DNA from: a bacterium | Lineage (GTDB): Bacteria; Patescibacteriota; Dojkabacteria; JAKAPS01; JAJZLI01 | Assembly: GCA_021816845.1 (NCBI GenBank) | Contig: JAKAWT010000001.1 | Coordinates: forward strand, 408,209 to 472,208 | Length of the DNA stretch: 64,000 bases | Direction of reading: 5' to 3' | Shown: piece after piece, positions 1-14,123 of the stretch | Numbering within the stretch: position 1 is the stretch's first letter | How the letters are laid out: each line of letters starts with the position of its first letter | Position numbers and translations under genes: made by a program | Notes under the pieces: generated by a model | Seen by the model: the letters and a program-made list of their open reading frames with translations, nothing else | Database searches by the model: none | Told to the model about the DNA's origin: nothing

Positions 1-50
1 TTACTTGTATCACGTAAAACTCTTATAAAAGCAGAAATATATTTATCCAT
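1..50 (-). CDS. 5' end of a gene running off the window (MDKYISAFIRVLRDTS...), product uncertain
   Basis: ATG at 50-48 on the minus strand with an open frame to the window edge, divergent from the 134 gene. The N-terminus loosely resembles tyrosine recombinases but is too short to call. Confidence 0.35.
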   Translation of the reverse strand, partial: MDKYISAFIRVLRDTS

Positions 51-133
51 GACTAACTTATAATGTATTTATATGTGATTCTAACATCTATAGGCTCTTC
101 TTGTCAACCAATATATGTACTATAATAATTCAT

Positions 134-526
134 ATGGGAAACATGGATAGGAATAAGAATTCTATAAGTAAATATTTAATAGCAATGATACTATTATTTT
201 TTATAATTTTATTATCATATAATTTTATTAGGACTTATAATCATTATATTGATGTTAAAAATAAAATTAATGTAATTTCCAATCTCGTAAATACAAATAA
301 AAAGGAAACAAGTATATTGAAAAGTAAATATAAATATTATACTAGTTCCTATTACATACAAAAGGTAGCCAGTAATGATTTAAATTTGGTGAAAAATCCT
401 AATACTTCAGAGATAATTCTTCCTAGTTCTGTAACATCATCATATACTACTCACTTAACAAAAAATAAAACATCTTTAAAAGTTGTAAAACCCTCTTTAT
501 CCTCTTGGATAAGTTTTTTATTATAA
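134..526 (+). CDS. Septum formation initiator family protein (FtsB/DivIC-like)
   Basis: One N-terminal TM helix, a coiled coil and a YIQKVASNDLNLVKNP motif resembling 'IE..AR..LGL.KP'. ATG 134 is preferred over TTG 101. Confidence 0.6.
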   Translation: MGNMDRNKNSISKYLIAMILLFFIILLSYNFIRTYNHYIDVKNKINVISNLVNTNKKETSILKSKYKYYTSSYYIQKVASNDLNLVKNPNTSEIILPSSVTSSYTTHLTKNKTSLKVVKPSLSSWISFLL

Positions 527-546
527 TTATTCACGATCTATTTTGA

Positions 547-575
547 TTGACTATTAAAGGTTTTTATTGTATTAT
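547..575 (+). promoter_or_regulatory. Sigma70 promoter for the tRNA-Met pair/ftsH
   Basis: TTGACT-17 nt-TATTAT. Confidence 0.65.
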
Positions 576-653
576 CAACTAGTAACTCGTTATTAGTAAT
601 TTGTTACTAGTAAATTAATTATTCGCAATTAATAAGGGTGATCTTTATATTAT

Positions 654-725
<72 letters not shown>

Positions 726-757
726 TTATGACTATGAAAGATACAGGTTTTAAATCT

Positions 758-830
758 GGCGACGTAGCTCAGTCGGTAGAGCAAAGGACTCATAAGCCTT
801 AGGTCACAGGTTCGATTCCTGTCGTCGCTA
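758..830 (+). tRNA. tRNA-Met (CAT), probably elongator
   Basis: Cloverleaf GGCGACG...CGTCGCT-A with CAT anticodon, resembling elongator Met. Ile2 is not excluded. Confidence 0.88.
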
Positions 831-848
831 TTTTATATTAAAAAATTT

Positions 849-2696
849 ATGAGTAATAATCAAACTAAAAGTAATTCTAAAAAGAGTAATATTATGAAAG
901 GAAGTCCTGGATTCTGGATATTTTTTGCTTTTATAGTAGTATTTTTCCTTTTATATCTATTCATACCAACCATATCTCAAGGTAAAACTGTGCCAATAGG
1001 TACTTTAATAAAAGATATAAAGACTAATAGTGTTAAAAGTGTAGTGATTAACCAAGATTATGCTAATGCTGTTTTAAAGAATAATAAAAATATTACTGCT
1101 AACCTAGGAACTACTACTAATCCAGTAAGTATATTTACAAATAATGGTATTCAACTTGATAAATACCCTCAAATATCTATAGCTGCACAGCCTGCTATTA
1201 GTACTAGTGATATATTAACAATAATATTTATATTGGTTATAGTTTTGAGTACTTGGTATATGATAAGGCAATTTAGGTCTGCAGGATCTGGGGGAATATT
1301 TTCAATGGGTGAATCTAAAGCTAAACTTTTTCTTGGAGCTAAAGAATCTATAACTTTTGATGGTGTGGCTGGTATTGAGGAGGCTAAAGAAGAAGTTCAC
1401 GAGATTGTTGATTTTCTAAAAAATCCTAAAAAATATTTAAATCTTGGAGCTAGAATACCAAAAGGAGTACTGTTTATAGGTGCTCCAGGAACTGGGAAAA
1501 CATTACTTGCTAGAGCTATTGCCGGAGAGAGTGGGGTTCCTTTTTTTTCAACATCAGGTTCAGAATTTGAAGAGATGCTTGTTGGGGCAGGAGCATCAAG
1601 AGTGAGAGATCTTTTTTCTAAAGCAAGAAAAACTTCTCCTTCAATAATATTTATCGATGAGATTGATGCTGTAGCACGAAGAAGAGGTTTAAATTATACA
1701 ACGACTCATACAGAACAAACTTTAAATCAGATACTTGTAGAGATGGATGGGTTTGATATTAATACTAATGTTATTGTAATCGCTGCAACAAATAGACCAG
1801 ATGTTCTTGATCCTGCAATATTACGTCCTGGTAGGTTTGATAGAACTATAGTTATTGATCTTCCAGACCTTCAAGAAAGGAAAAAAATATTAGAACTTCA
1901 TGCTAGGAATAAACCTATTTCTCCATCAGTATCTTTTGATAAAATTGCAAAAAGAACAATAGGCTATTCTGGAGCAGATCTTGAAAATGTGTTAAATGAG
2001 GCAGCTATAATTACTGCAAAAAAGGGTGGAACATCAATTAATGAGGTAGACATTGAAGAAGCTGCAACCAAAGTAGTTATGGGACCAGAAAAGAAGAAAG
2101 TTAGATCTGATAAAGAAAAATCCATTGTAGCATATCATGAGGCTGGACATGCTCTTATATCTAAATTCTTGCCGGAATCAGATCCAGTACATAGGATATC
2201 TATAATATCTAGAGGGAGATCAGGAGGGGCAACAATGTATTTACCGACTGAAGATAATAATCTTTATACAAAGACTAAGATGATCACTATGATTACACAT
2301 ATGCTTGGGGGCAGAGCTGCAGAAAAGATCCAATTTAATGATATTACTAATGGGGCATCTGATGACATAAAAAAGGCTTCAGAAATGGCAAGGAAAATGA
2401 TTACAGATTTTGGTATGTCTGATAAGCTAGGCCCTATACAATATGGAACTACAGAAGATGAATCATATGCTATTCCTGAGAAAAATTACAGTGACAGTAC
2501 CTCTTTAGAGATAGATAAAGAAATCTCTTTAATTATAAATGATGCATATAAAAAAGCTTTATCTATATTAAAAGAATATAAATCGATATTAGATACTTTA
2601 GCTAGTAAATTAATGGATATTGAAGTTATAGAGGGTGATGAATTTAATAGAATTGTAGATACAATGTTGCATGCAGGGGGTAAAACATCAGAATAA
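849..2696 (+). CDS. ftsH: ATP-dependent zinc metalloprotease FtsH
   Basis: 2 TM helices, Walker [19 protein letters not shown] ([19 protein letters not shown]), HEAGH. Confidence 0.97.
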   Translation: MSNNQTKSNSKKSNIMKGSPGFWIFFAFIVVFFLLYLFIPTISQGKTVPIGTLIKDIKTNSVKSVVINQDYANAVLKNNKNITANLGTTTNPVSIFTNNGIQLDKYPQISIAAQPAISTSDILTIIFILVIVLSTWYMIRQFRSAGSGGIFSMGESKAKLFLGAKESITFDGVAGIEEAKEEVHEIVDFLKNPKKYLNLGARIPKGVLFIGAPGTGKTLLARAIAGESGVPFFSTSGSEFEEMLVGAGASRVRDLFSKARKTSPSIIFIDEIDAVARRRGLNYTTTHTEQTLNQILVEMDGFDINTNVIVIAATNRPDVLDPAILRPGRFDRTIVIDLPDLQERKKILELHARNKPISPSVSFDKIAKRTIGYSGADLENVLNEAAIITAKKGGTSINEVDIEEAATKVVMGPEKKKVRSDKEKSIVAYHEAGHALISKFLPESDPVHRISIISRGRSGGATMYLPTEDNNLYTKTKMITMITHMLGGRAAEKIQFNDITNGASDDIKKASEMARKMITDFGMSDKLGPIQYGTTEDESYAIPEKNYSDSTSLEIDKEISLIINDAYKKALSILKEYKSILDTLASKLMDIEVIEGDEFNRIVDTMLHAGGKTSE

Positions 2697-5373
2697 AAAA
2701 CTATTTTTAATAGACTCTAATGCACTTATATTTAGAGCTTATCATGCTATCCCTGTATTAAAATCTAAAGATAGAAATGTGAATGCTGTATATGGTTTCT
2801 TCCTTATATTTTTTAAAACACTCCAAAATTATAATCCAGATTATATAATTTGTACTTTTGATTCAGCTACTTCTTCTCAAATTAGAAAAGATAAATATTC
2901 TTGGTATAAAGCGAATAGAGCAGAAACCCCAGATGATCTTGTTGATCAATTTAGTTATGTTAAAGATATACTAAAAACTCTAAATATTAAAATTTATGAA
3001 GAGCCATATTATGAGGCTGATGATATTATTGCATCAATAATAGAAGATTTTAAAAATAAAGATGATATTGATATATATGTGATGACGGGTGATAAGGATT
3101 TATTACAACTCATATCTAAAAAAGTATCTCTGTTGATGCCTTTAAAATCATTTTCTGATCCAGTAGAAATAAATATTAACAATGTTAAAGACTATTTTGG
3201 TATGGAACCTAATATGGTTACCACATATAAAGGCCTTAGAGGAGACCCTTCTGATAACATCCCTGGGGTATCGGGGATAGGAGATAAAGGAGCAAAAGAT
3301 TTAGTAAGTGAATTTGGAAATATCTATTCCATATATAAGGCTATAGATAATATAAAACCAAGTATTGCAAAAAAATTGATAGATAATAAAAAATCTGCAC
3401 TAGAATCATTTGATGCAGCATCACTATATTCAAATATATCTTTAAAAGATTTAGATTTAGACAAGAGTACAGTACTTTTTGACCATAAATCCGTAATTTC
3501 CAAGTTAGAAGAATACCAATTTAAAAGTTTAATAAATAAATATTTCCCTGACTATGTGAACTTACAGAATATAGAGTCTGAAAAAATAGGGCGTCTTAAT
3601 GGGGTGATTATTGAGGATCTAAGTTCATTTAGTGATTTTGTACATAAATTGGAAAAAGTTAAGGAATTTGCCTTTCTATGCACGATATATGATAAAAACA
3701 AATTAAATGCAGGATTACTACCTTTTGGTATATCTATATATGTTGAAGGTGATAATCCTACTTTTATAGATTTTAATAATTCTGATATTATTGAATCAAA
3801 TGAGTTTGAAAATTTTAGGAGTATATTCAAAAATGAAAAGATTAGGAAAATAGGTTATGACATAAAAAAACAAATGCATTTTATGAATAATATTTCTACA
3901 AAGGTAAATGGTATATATTTTGATACGCAAATAGCATATTTCATAATAAAGAATAGAAATACATCTCTGAAAAATATAATATTGGATGTTTTTGACAAGA
4001 ATTTATATGATATAGATATCCTAGAGAATAGTAAGAATACTAAATTGGATAAAAAAACTATAGCTCTAATATATGATGATTATAGTAAATATATATATGA
4101 TTTGTATAAATATATTGATCAACAATTTAAGAAAGATAGTACAATATCAAATGTATTTTTTGAGATAGATATGCCATTAGTTCAAATTCTTTATATGATG
4201 GAGTGTGTAGGAATTAAGGTAAATAAGGGTTTTTTAGATAAATTATATGATAAGTTTGAATTAGAACTTAATGCTCTGGAGAAAGATATATATAAAATTG
4301 CAGGGACTGAGTTTAATATTTCCTCACCAACACAATTAGGAAATGTCCTCTTTAAGACTTTGTCTTTGAAATCCTCAGGTAAGAAGAAGAGTGGAATATT
4401 TAATACTGAAGATTCTGTATTACAATCTATAGAACAAGATAATAACATAGTACCTCTAATTAGAAGGTATAAAGAGGTAAGTAAGATAAAAAATACTTAT
4501 ACTAAAAACCTTGTTAAATTAACTGATTATTCAAGTAGGTTGCATACTAGATACAATATAACTGGTGCATCTACGGGAAGATTATCATCTTCTAACCCTA
4601 ATTTACAGAATATTCCTATCAGGACTGAAACTGGTAGGCAGATAAGAGAAGCTTTTGTTGCAGATAAGGGAAAAGTACTATTTTCATTTGACTATTCTCA
4701 AATAGAATTAAGAATAATGGCATATTATTCTGATGATCCAAGTATGAAATATGCCTTTTTGCACGATGAAGATATACATAAGTATACCGCATCAATTATA
4801 TTTCAAAAAAAGCTTGAAGAAGTTACTAGGGATGAAAGATCTGTTGCTAAAACAATTAATTTTGGAGTTATATATGGTATATCAAGTTTTGGTTTATCTA
4901 GGCAGCTTGGTATTTCACGATTAGAAGCTGATACTTTTATAAAGAATTATTTTGATACCTTTTCTAATATATCTAAATATTATGATTGGATTTCTAATTT
5001 TATTAAAGAACACAACTACGTAGAAACATTATATGGAAGGCGTCGATACTTTGATTATAATAAAGGATATGTTTTTGAAAAAAGAATTTTTAGAGAAGCA
5101 ATAAATATGCCTATTCAAGGTACTAGTGCGGATATTATTAAGATTGCCATGAGAAAAATAAGTAATGATATTATAGATAAGTATGATGCTAATATGATTC
5201 TGCAGATACATGATGAATTAATATTTGAAGTTAGTAAAAAGGTTGATTATAATTCTTTTGTTACTGATATAATTGATGCTATGGTAGAAGGATTCAAGTT
5301 AAATGTAGCTTTAAAAGTAGATGTAAAATATGGAGCTAACTGGAAAAATATGATTCTTTATAAAAAATCATGA
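2671..5373 (+). CDS. polA: DNA polymerase I
   Basis: 5'-3' exonuclease (LIDSNALIFRAYHA, EADD, GDPSDNIPGV), polymerase motifs DYSQIELR, KTINFGVIYG and QIHDEL. The 3'-5' exonuclease looks degenerate. Confidence 0.97.
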   Translation: MQGVKHQNKKLFLIDSNALIFRAYHAIPVLKSKDRNVNAVYGFFLIFFKTLQNYNPDYIICTFDSATSSQIRKDKYSWYKANRAETPDDLVDQFSYVKDILKTLNIKIYEEPYYEADDIIASIIEDFKNKDDIDIYVMTGDKDLLQLISKKVSLLMPLKSFSDPVEININNVKDYFGMEPNMVTTYKGLRGDPSDNIPGVSGIGDKGAKDLVSEFGNIYSIYKAIDNIKPSIAKKLIDNKKSALESFDAASLYSNISLKDLDLDKSTVLFDHKSVISKLEEYQFKSLINKYFPDYVNLQNIESEKIGRLNGVIIEDLSSFSDFVHKLEKVKEFAFLCTIYDKNKLNAGLLPFGISIYVEGDNPTFIDFNNSDIIESNEFENFRSIFKNEKIRKIGYDIKKQMHFMNNISTKVNGIYFDTQIAYFIIKNRNTSLKNIILDVFDKNLYDIDILENSKNTKLDKKTIALIYDDYSKYIYDLYKYIDQQFKKDSTISNVFFEIDMPLVQILYMMECVGIKVNKGFLDKLYDKFELELNALEKDIYKIAGTEFNISSPTQLGNVLFKTLSLKSSGKKKSGIFNTEDSVLQSIEQDNNIVPLIRRYKEVSKIKNTYTKNLVKLTDYSSRLHTRYNITGASTGRLSSSNPNLQNIPIRTETGRQIREAFVADKGKVLFSFDYSQIELRIMAYYSDDPSMKYAFLHDEDIHKYTASIIFQKKLEEVTRDERSVAKTINFGVIYGISSFGLSRQLGISRLEADTFIKNYFDTFSNISKYYDWISNFIKEHNYVETLYGRRRYFDYNKGYVFEKRIFREAINMPIQGTSADIIKIAMRKISNDIIDKYDANMILQIHDELIFEVSKKVDYNSFVTDIIDAMVEGFKLNVALKVDVKYGANWKNMILYKKS

Positions 5374-7109
5374 AAGATATAAGTTTTGATTCTATTTGTA
5401 GGGATCTTCTCAAAATAGAAAATACAAGGTCAAGGAACGAAAGAACTGAGTTATTGGCCAATCTTCTTAATCTTATTCCTAAAGAATTTATTAAAGAATT
5501 TATCTATATGTTGGATGGGAGGATAAATCCAAGATATGTTAAGTCTGATTTCAACATAGGGAGTAAAAGATTAATTATAGTATTTTCTAAAGTTTTTAAC
5601 ATTCCTCAAGAAGAAGTCTCCAGATCTTTTAGAGAAATTGGAGATATAGGATTATTATTTTTTAATCTTAAGAAAAATAAAAAAACAACACCTACTAGTC
5701 TAAAAGATATAATATTAATGCTAAATAAAATTACTCAAATACATGGTAAAAATGCTAATATATATAAAGAAGATGAACTGGTCATTTTGTATAGTAAAAT
5801 TACTCAATTAGAGGGAAGATTCCTATCTAGAATTTTTGTTGGAAATTTAAGGATGGGATTTAGTGATAAAACTATTTTGGATGCGTTATCTTTTTCTTTA
5901 AAGAATAACAAGTCAAAAAGAGCTGAAATAGAATCTGCATATGCAAAATGTTCAGATCTGGGTATAGTAGCAAGTAAAGTTCTTTTTGATTTTAGTTCAT
6001 TAACTTTATTATCTGTAATTCCTGGTATACCTTTGTTTGCAAAATTAGTAGAAAGATCTAAAAGTGTAGATGATGGTATAAAAAGATTTGGAAGTGTTAT
6101 GGTTCAGCCTAAATTTGATGGATTGAGATGTCAAGTTCATATCACAAGTAACGGAGAAATAAAATTTTATTCAAGAGAACTGTATGATATGACTGACATG
6201 TTCCCAGAAATCACAAAATCTTTTTTAAAAATTAAGAACATAAATAGTGCAATATTTGATTCTGAGGTTGTTGGTATTGATAATATTAATAATAAATATT
6301 TAGCATTTCAAGAGACAATGCAAAGGAAAAGGAAATATGGAATAAATTCTTTTATTACTGATATTCCTTTAAGTATATATATCTTTGATATTATGTATCT
6401 CAATGGGAAATCTCTTCTTGAAATTCCGTTATCTGAGAGATTAGTAATTCTAGAAGATATTTTTAGGAATTCTAGTTACACTAACATAAAAGTAGCAGAA
6501 ACTAAGAATTTTTCAGATCCAATCAAACTATATAATTACTTTAAAAAATGCCTATCTAATGGTTTGGAGGGTGTCGTTATAAAGAATCCGTCAAGTTTAT
6601 ATAAACCTGGAACAAGGAATTTTGATTGGTTAAAATTAAAAAGATCTTCCCTAAAGGGTGTTGTAGATACAATAGATGTTGTAATTATGGGGTATTTCAA
6701 AGGAGGAGGTTCGAGGTCTAAATTTGGTATAGGTGCAGTTTTAGTTGGTATATATAACAAGAATAAAAATAGAGTAGAATCTATATCTAAAGTAGGAAGT
6801 GGTTTTTCAGAAAAGCAACTTATTGCAATAAAAAAACAATTAGATATCATAAAAGAGAGGACTATGCCAGTTAGTTATTATGTCAAAAAGGAGATGTATC
6901 CTGATGTATGGGTTAGTCCAAAAATTGTAGTAGAAATAAGGTCTGATGAAATCACTAAGAGTCCCACACATACTGCTTGTGAAGATAGTAAAAATAGAGG
7001 TTTTGCATTAAGATTCCCTAGAATCATTAATGTTAGGAGTGATAAAAGTTTTTATGATACAACTGATGAAAAAGAGATAAAAAATCTTTATAAAATGCAA
7101 AAAGGATAG
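5370..7109 (+). CDS. ATP-dependent DNA ligase (LIG1/Cdc9/archaeal type with N-terminal DNA-binding domain)
   Basis: Motif I KFDGLR, FDIMYLNG, EGVVIK, WLKLK, OB fold ending ALRFPR...R.DK. ATGA overlap with polA. Confidence 0.93.
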   Translation: MKDISFDSICRDLLKIENTRSRNERTELLANLLNLIPKEFIKEFIYMLDGRINPRYVKSDFNIGSKRLIIVFSKVFNIPQEEVSRSFREIGDIGLLFFNLKKNKKTTPTSLKDIILMLNKITQIHGKNANIYKEDELVILYSKITQLEGRFLSRIFVGNLRMGFSDKTILDALSFSLKNNKSKRAEIESAYAKCSDLGIVASKVLFDFSSLTLLSVIPGIPLFAKLVERSKSVDDGIKRFGSVMVQPKFDGLRCQVHITSNGEIKFYSRELYDMTDMFPEITKSFLKIKNINSAIFDSEVVGIDNINNKYLAFQETMQRKRKYGINSFITDIPLSIYIFDIMYLNGKSLLEIPLSERLVILEDIFRNSSYTNIKVAETKNFSDPIKLYNYFKKCLSNGLEGVVIKNPSSLYKPGTRNFDWLKLKRSSLKGVVDTIDVVIMGYFKGGGSRSKFGIGAVLVGIYNKNKNRVESISKVGSGFSEKQLIAIKKQLDIIKERTMPVSYYVKKEMYPDVWVSPKIVVEIRSDEITKSPTHTACEDSKNRGFALRFPRIINVRSDKSFYDTTDEKEIKNLYKMQKG

Positions 7110-7134
7110 CCATAAATTGTTATCATGATATAAT

Positions 7135-8256
7135 ATGTCAATGCAAACAAAAAATATAAAAAAACAGAAAGTACTAGTTGCAATGTCTGGAGGTATAGAT
7201 AGTTCTGTAGCAGCATATCTTTTAAAAGAGCAAGGGTATGATCTTATAGGTATACATATGAAATTTTGGACAGAAGAGAGGAAACAAGAAGGTTTTCTTT
7301 CTGGAAAAGAAAATAAATGTTGCTCTATAGAAAGTGTAGAAGATGCTAGAGACGTTTGTAATCAACTTAATATACCCTTTTATGTTTTGAATTTTAGAGA
7401 TGACTTTAAAGATGATGTAGTAAAATATTTTATTAATGCATTTAAAGCTGGTCTGACTCCAAATCCCTGTGTTGTATGTAATAAAAAAATCAAATTTGGA
7501 CTTCTATATGAGAAACTAAAGGAATTTGATGCTGATTATGTTGCAACAGGACATTATGCAAGGATAGCAAAGATAAGTGGGAAATATTATTTACAAAGAG
7601 CTAAAGATATTTCAAAGGATCAATCATATTTCCTCCATAATATTGATAAGTCTGTATTATCGAAAACTATATTCCCTATAGGTGAGATTGATAGCAAGGA
7701 GCAAGTTAGAAAGATAGCATTTGATATCGGCCTTAGAATATCACAAAAGAAAGATTCTCAAGAAATATGTTTTATTCCAGGTAATGATTATAAAGGTTTT
7801 ATTGCAAGAAATGTTAGGCATGAATCACCCAAAGGAGACATAGTAGATATGCATGGAAACATTATAGGGACGCATGATGGTCTATTGTATTATACAATAG
7901 GACAAAGGAAAGGCATTAATACAAAGCTAATAACTCCATTATATGTAATAAAGAAAAATTTTAAAAATAATACTCTTATTGTAGGGAGCCTTGAAGATTG
8001 TACTATAAACAATATAAATCTTTTGAATGCTAATTTTTTAACAGATGACATAGATGACTATAAATATGATATGAAAATACAGATTAGATATAGAGGAAAA
8101 GATTTAGAGGTTGAAAAGTTTAATATTATAAATAATAATACACTAAATATAGTACTAAAAGATGGAGATGTTGGTATAGCTCCAGGTCAATTTGGTGTTT
8201 TATACAACAAGGATAATATAGTTCTTGGTGGAGGAGTGATTAATATAAAGGAGTAA
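7135..8256 (+). CDS. mnmA: tRNA 2-thiouridine(34) synthase MnmA
   Basis: AMSGGIDS, PNPCVVCN, ATGHY, KDQSYFL, DSQEIC, YTIGQRKG. The true start may be ATG 7141. Confidence 0.96.
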   Translation: MSMQTKNIKKQKVLVAMSGGIDSSVAAYLLKEQGYDLIGIHMKFWTEERKQEGFLSGKENKCCSIESVEDARDVCNQLNIPFYVLNFRDDFKDDVVKYFINAFKAGLTPNPCVVCNKKIKFGLLYEKLKEFDADYVATGHYARIAKISGKYYLQRAKDISKDQSYFLHNIDKSVLSKTIFPIGEIDSKEQVRKIAFDIGLRISQKKDSQEICFIPGNDYKGFIARNVRHESPKGDIVDMHGNIIGTHDGLLYYTIGQRKGINTKLITPLYVIKKNFKNNTLIVGSLEDCTINNINLLNANFLTDDIDDYKYDMKIQIRYRGKDLEVEKFNIINNNTLNIVLKDGDVGIAPGQFGVLYNKDNIVLGGGVINIKE

Positions 8257-8262
8257 AGAATT

Positions 8263-8700
8263 ATGTTTAACCTTAATTTTCAACAACTTATAAATCTACA
8301 TTATCTAACTGTAACACCAGCAAGTAATTTTTCATATAATAATATATTTTTTTTTCTACTATTTGATCTATTTATTTTATGGATAATCTTCTTATATGTA
8401 TATATTTTTCTCACAGAGAAGGATACTCCTAAATATAGTTTGAGCAAAAAAATATCATGGACATCTTTTTCTCTTACTATATTATTATTAATTTTATTAG
8501 TAGCTAGAAAACATGTAATTGTTGTTTTATCAATGAGAATTTTACTCGTAATATTTTTATTATTATTTATATTGTCTGTTGTATATTTTATATATTATTT
8601 TTTCTTTTCCTTAAAAAAGGCTACTAGACAGTACTATAGAAAGGTTACCATGGAAAAATATCTTCCCAAGAAAAAGAAAAATAAGAAAAAGAAAAAATAA
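8263..8700 (+). CDS. Hypothetical membrane protein (3 TM, basic YLPKKKK tail)
   Basis: ORF with an AAGGAG SD and hydrophobic segments. Confidence 0.75.
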   Translation: MFNLNFQQLINLHYLTVTPASNFSYNNIFFFLLFDLFILWIIFLYVYIFLTEKDTPKYSLSKKISWTSFSLTILLLILLVARKHVIVVLSMRILLVIFLLLFILSVVYFIYYFFFSLKKATRQYYRKVTMEKYLPKKKKNKKKKK

Positions 8701-8726
8701 TAAAATTCCTTTTGTTATAGAATTTA

Positions 8727-8857
8727 TTGACATTTGATTATCTACATGGTATAAGAATATGGTTATATACATGCAAATATTTCCTTAAAAATAGTCCATA
8801 ATAACAATATTTTTAGGCTATAAGGTTATTGACTTTTTATAGTTTAGATGATATAAG
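8727..8857 (+). promoter_or_regulatory. Tandem rRNA promoters P1/P2
   Basis: TTGACA-17-TATAAG and TTGACT-17-TATAAG, both with a TG extension, followed by a boxA-like TGTTCTTT at ~8879. Confidence 0.65.
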
Positions 8858-8952
8858 TTTTGAGTCATTTTATGTCTTTGTTCTTTTTACAATTCAAAAG
8901 TAGTAGGGTCTTTAAAATTCGGATTTTGAATATAATCCTTAAAAAATATTTA

Positions 8953-10463
<1,511 letters not shown>

Positions 10464-10573
10464 TAAGGAGTATAAACAGTACAATAACCTATTGAATTTT
10501 AATGCACTCTGCTACTTTTGAATTGTAAAAAGGTTCTTTTATAAATAAATATATTTTCTTTCGTACTTGAAGA

Positions 10574-10647
10574 GGGCGACTAGCTCAGTTGGTTAGAGCG
10601 CAGTTCTGATAAGACTGAAGTCCATGGTTCGAATCCATGGTCGCCCA
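10574..10647 (+). tRNA. tRNA-Ile (GAT)
   Basis: Cloverleaf in the 16S-23S spacer with GAT anticodon. Confidence 0.95.
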
Positions 10648-10676
10648 GTTTATTATTAGATAATACGAGGGAAAAA

Positions 10677-10749
10677 GGGGACGTAGCTTAGTTGGTAGAG
10701 CGCTTCATTTGCACTGAAGAGGTCAGGAGTCCGAATCTCCTCGTCTCCA
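10677..10749 (+). tRNA. tRNA-Ala (TGC)
   Basis: GGGGACG...CGTCTCC-A with G3:U70 and TGC anticodon. The T-loop reads TCCGAAT. Confidence 0.93.
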
Positions 10750-10821
10750 TATATTTATTTACAATGCTCTTTCAAAAGTGAATAGAAAAGTGGGTATTTA
10801 ATCGTGTATTTTGCATACTCA

Positions 10822-13924
<3,103 letters not shown>

Positions 13925-13988
13925 GTGTATGTAAAATTCGATTAAAGATCCACTATATTCTATTCACTTTTAAAAGAGCATTGATATC

Positions 13989-13997
13989 TGATATAAT
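13989..13997 (+). promoter_or_regulatory. Extended -10 promoter immediately before 5S rRNA
   Basis: TGATATAAT ending 7 nt before 5S helix I, with TTTAAA at the -35 position. Confidence 0.55.
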
Positions 13998-14004
13998 GTG
14001 TTAC

Positions 14005-14112
14005 CTCTTGGTGATTGAAGCGAAGTGGAACTACCTCTTCCCATACCGAACAGAGTCGTAAAACGCTTCAGCTCCGAAAATACTGTAAGGGAAGATAGGT
14101 CATTGCCAAGAG
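14005..14112 (+). rRNA. rrf: 5S rRNA (short, ~108 nt)
   Basis: Helix I CTCTTGGTG/TGCCAAGAG and loop C CCCATACCGAAC. Helix IV is truncated. Confidence 0.92.
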
Positions 14113-14123
14113 TTTTTTTGTAT

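Noticed and set aside
14025..14123. N-terminal extension of rpsA in the ORF track
   Set aside because: It runs through the 5S rRNA gene, and ATG 14124 gives a normal S1.
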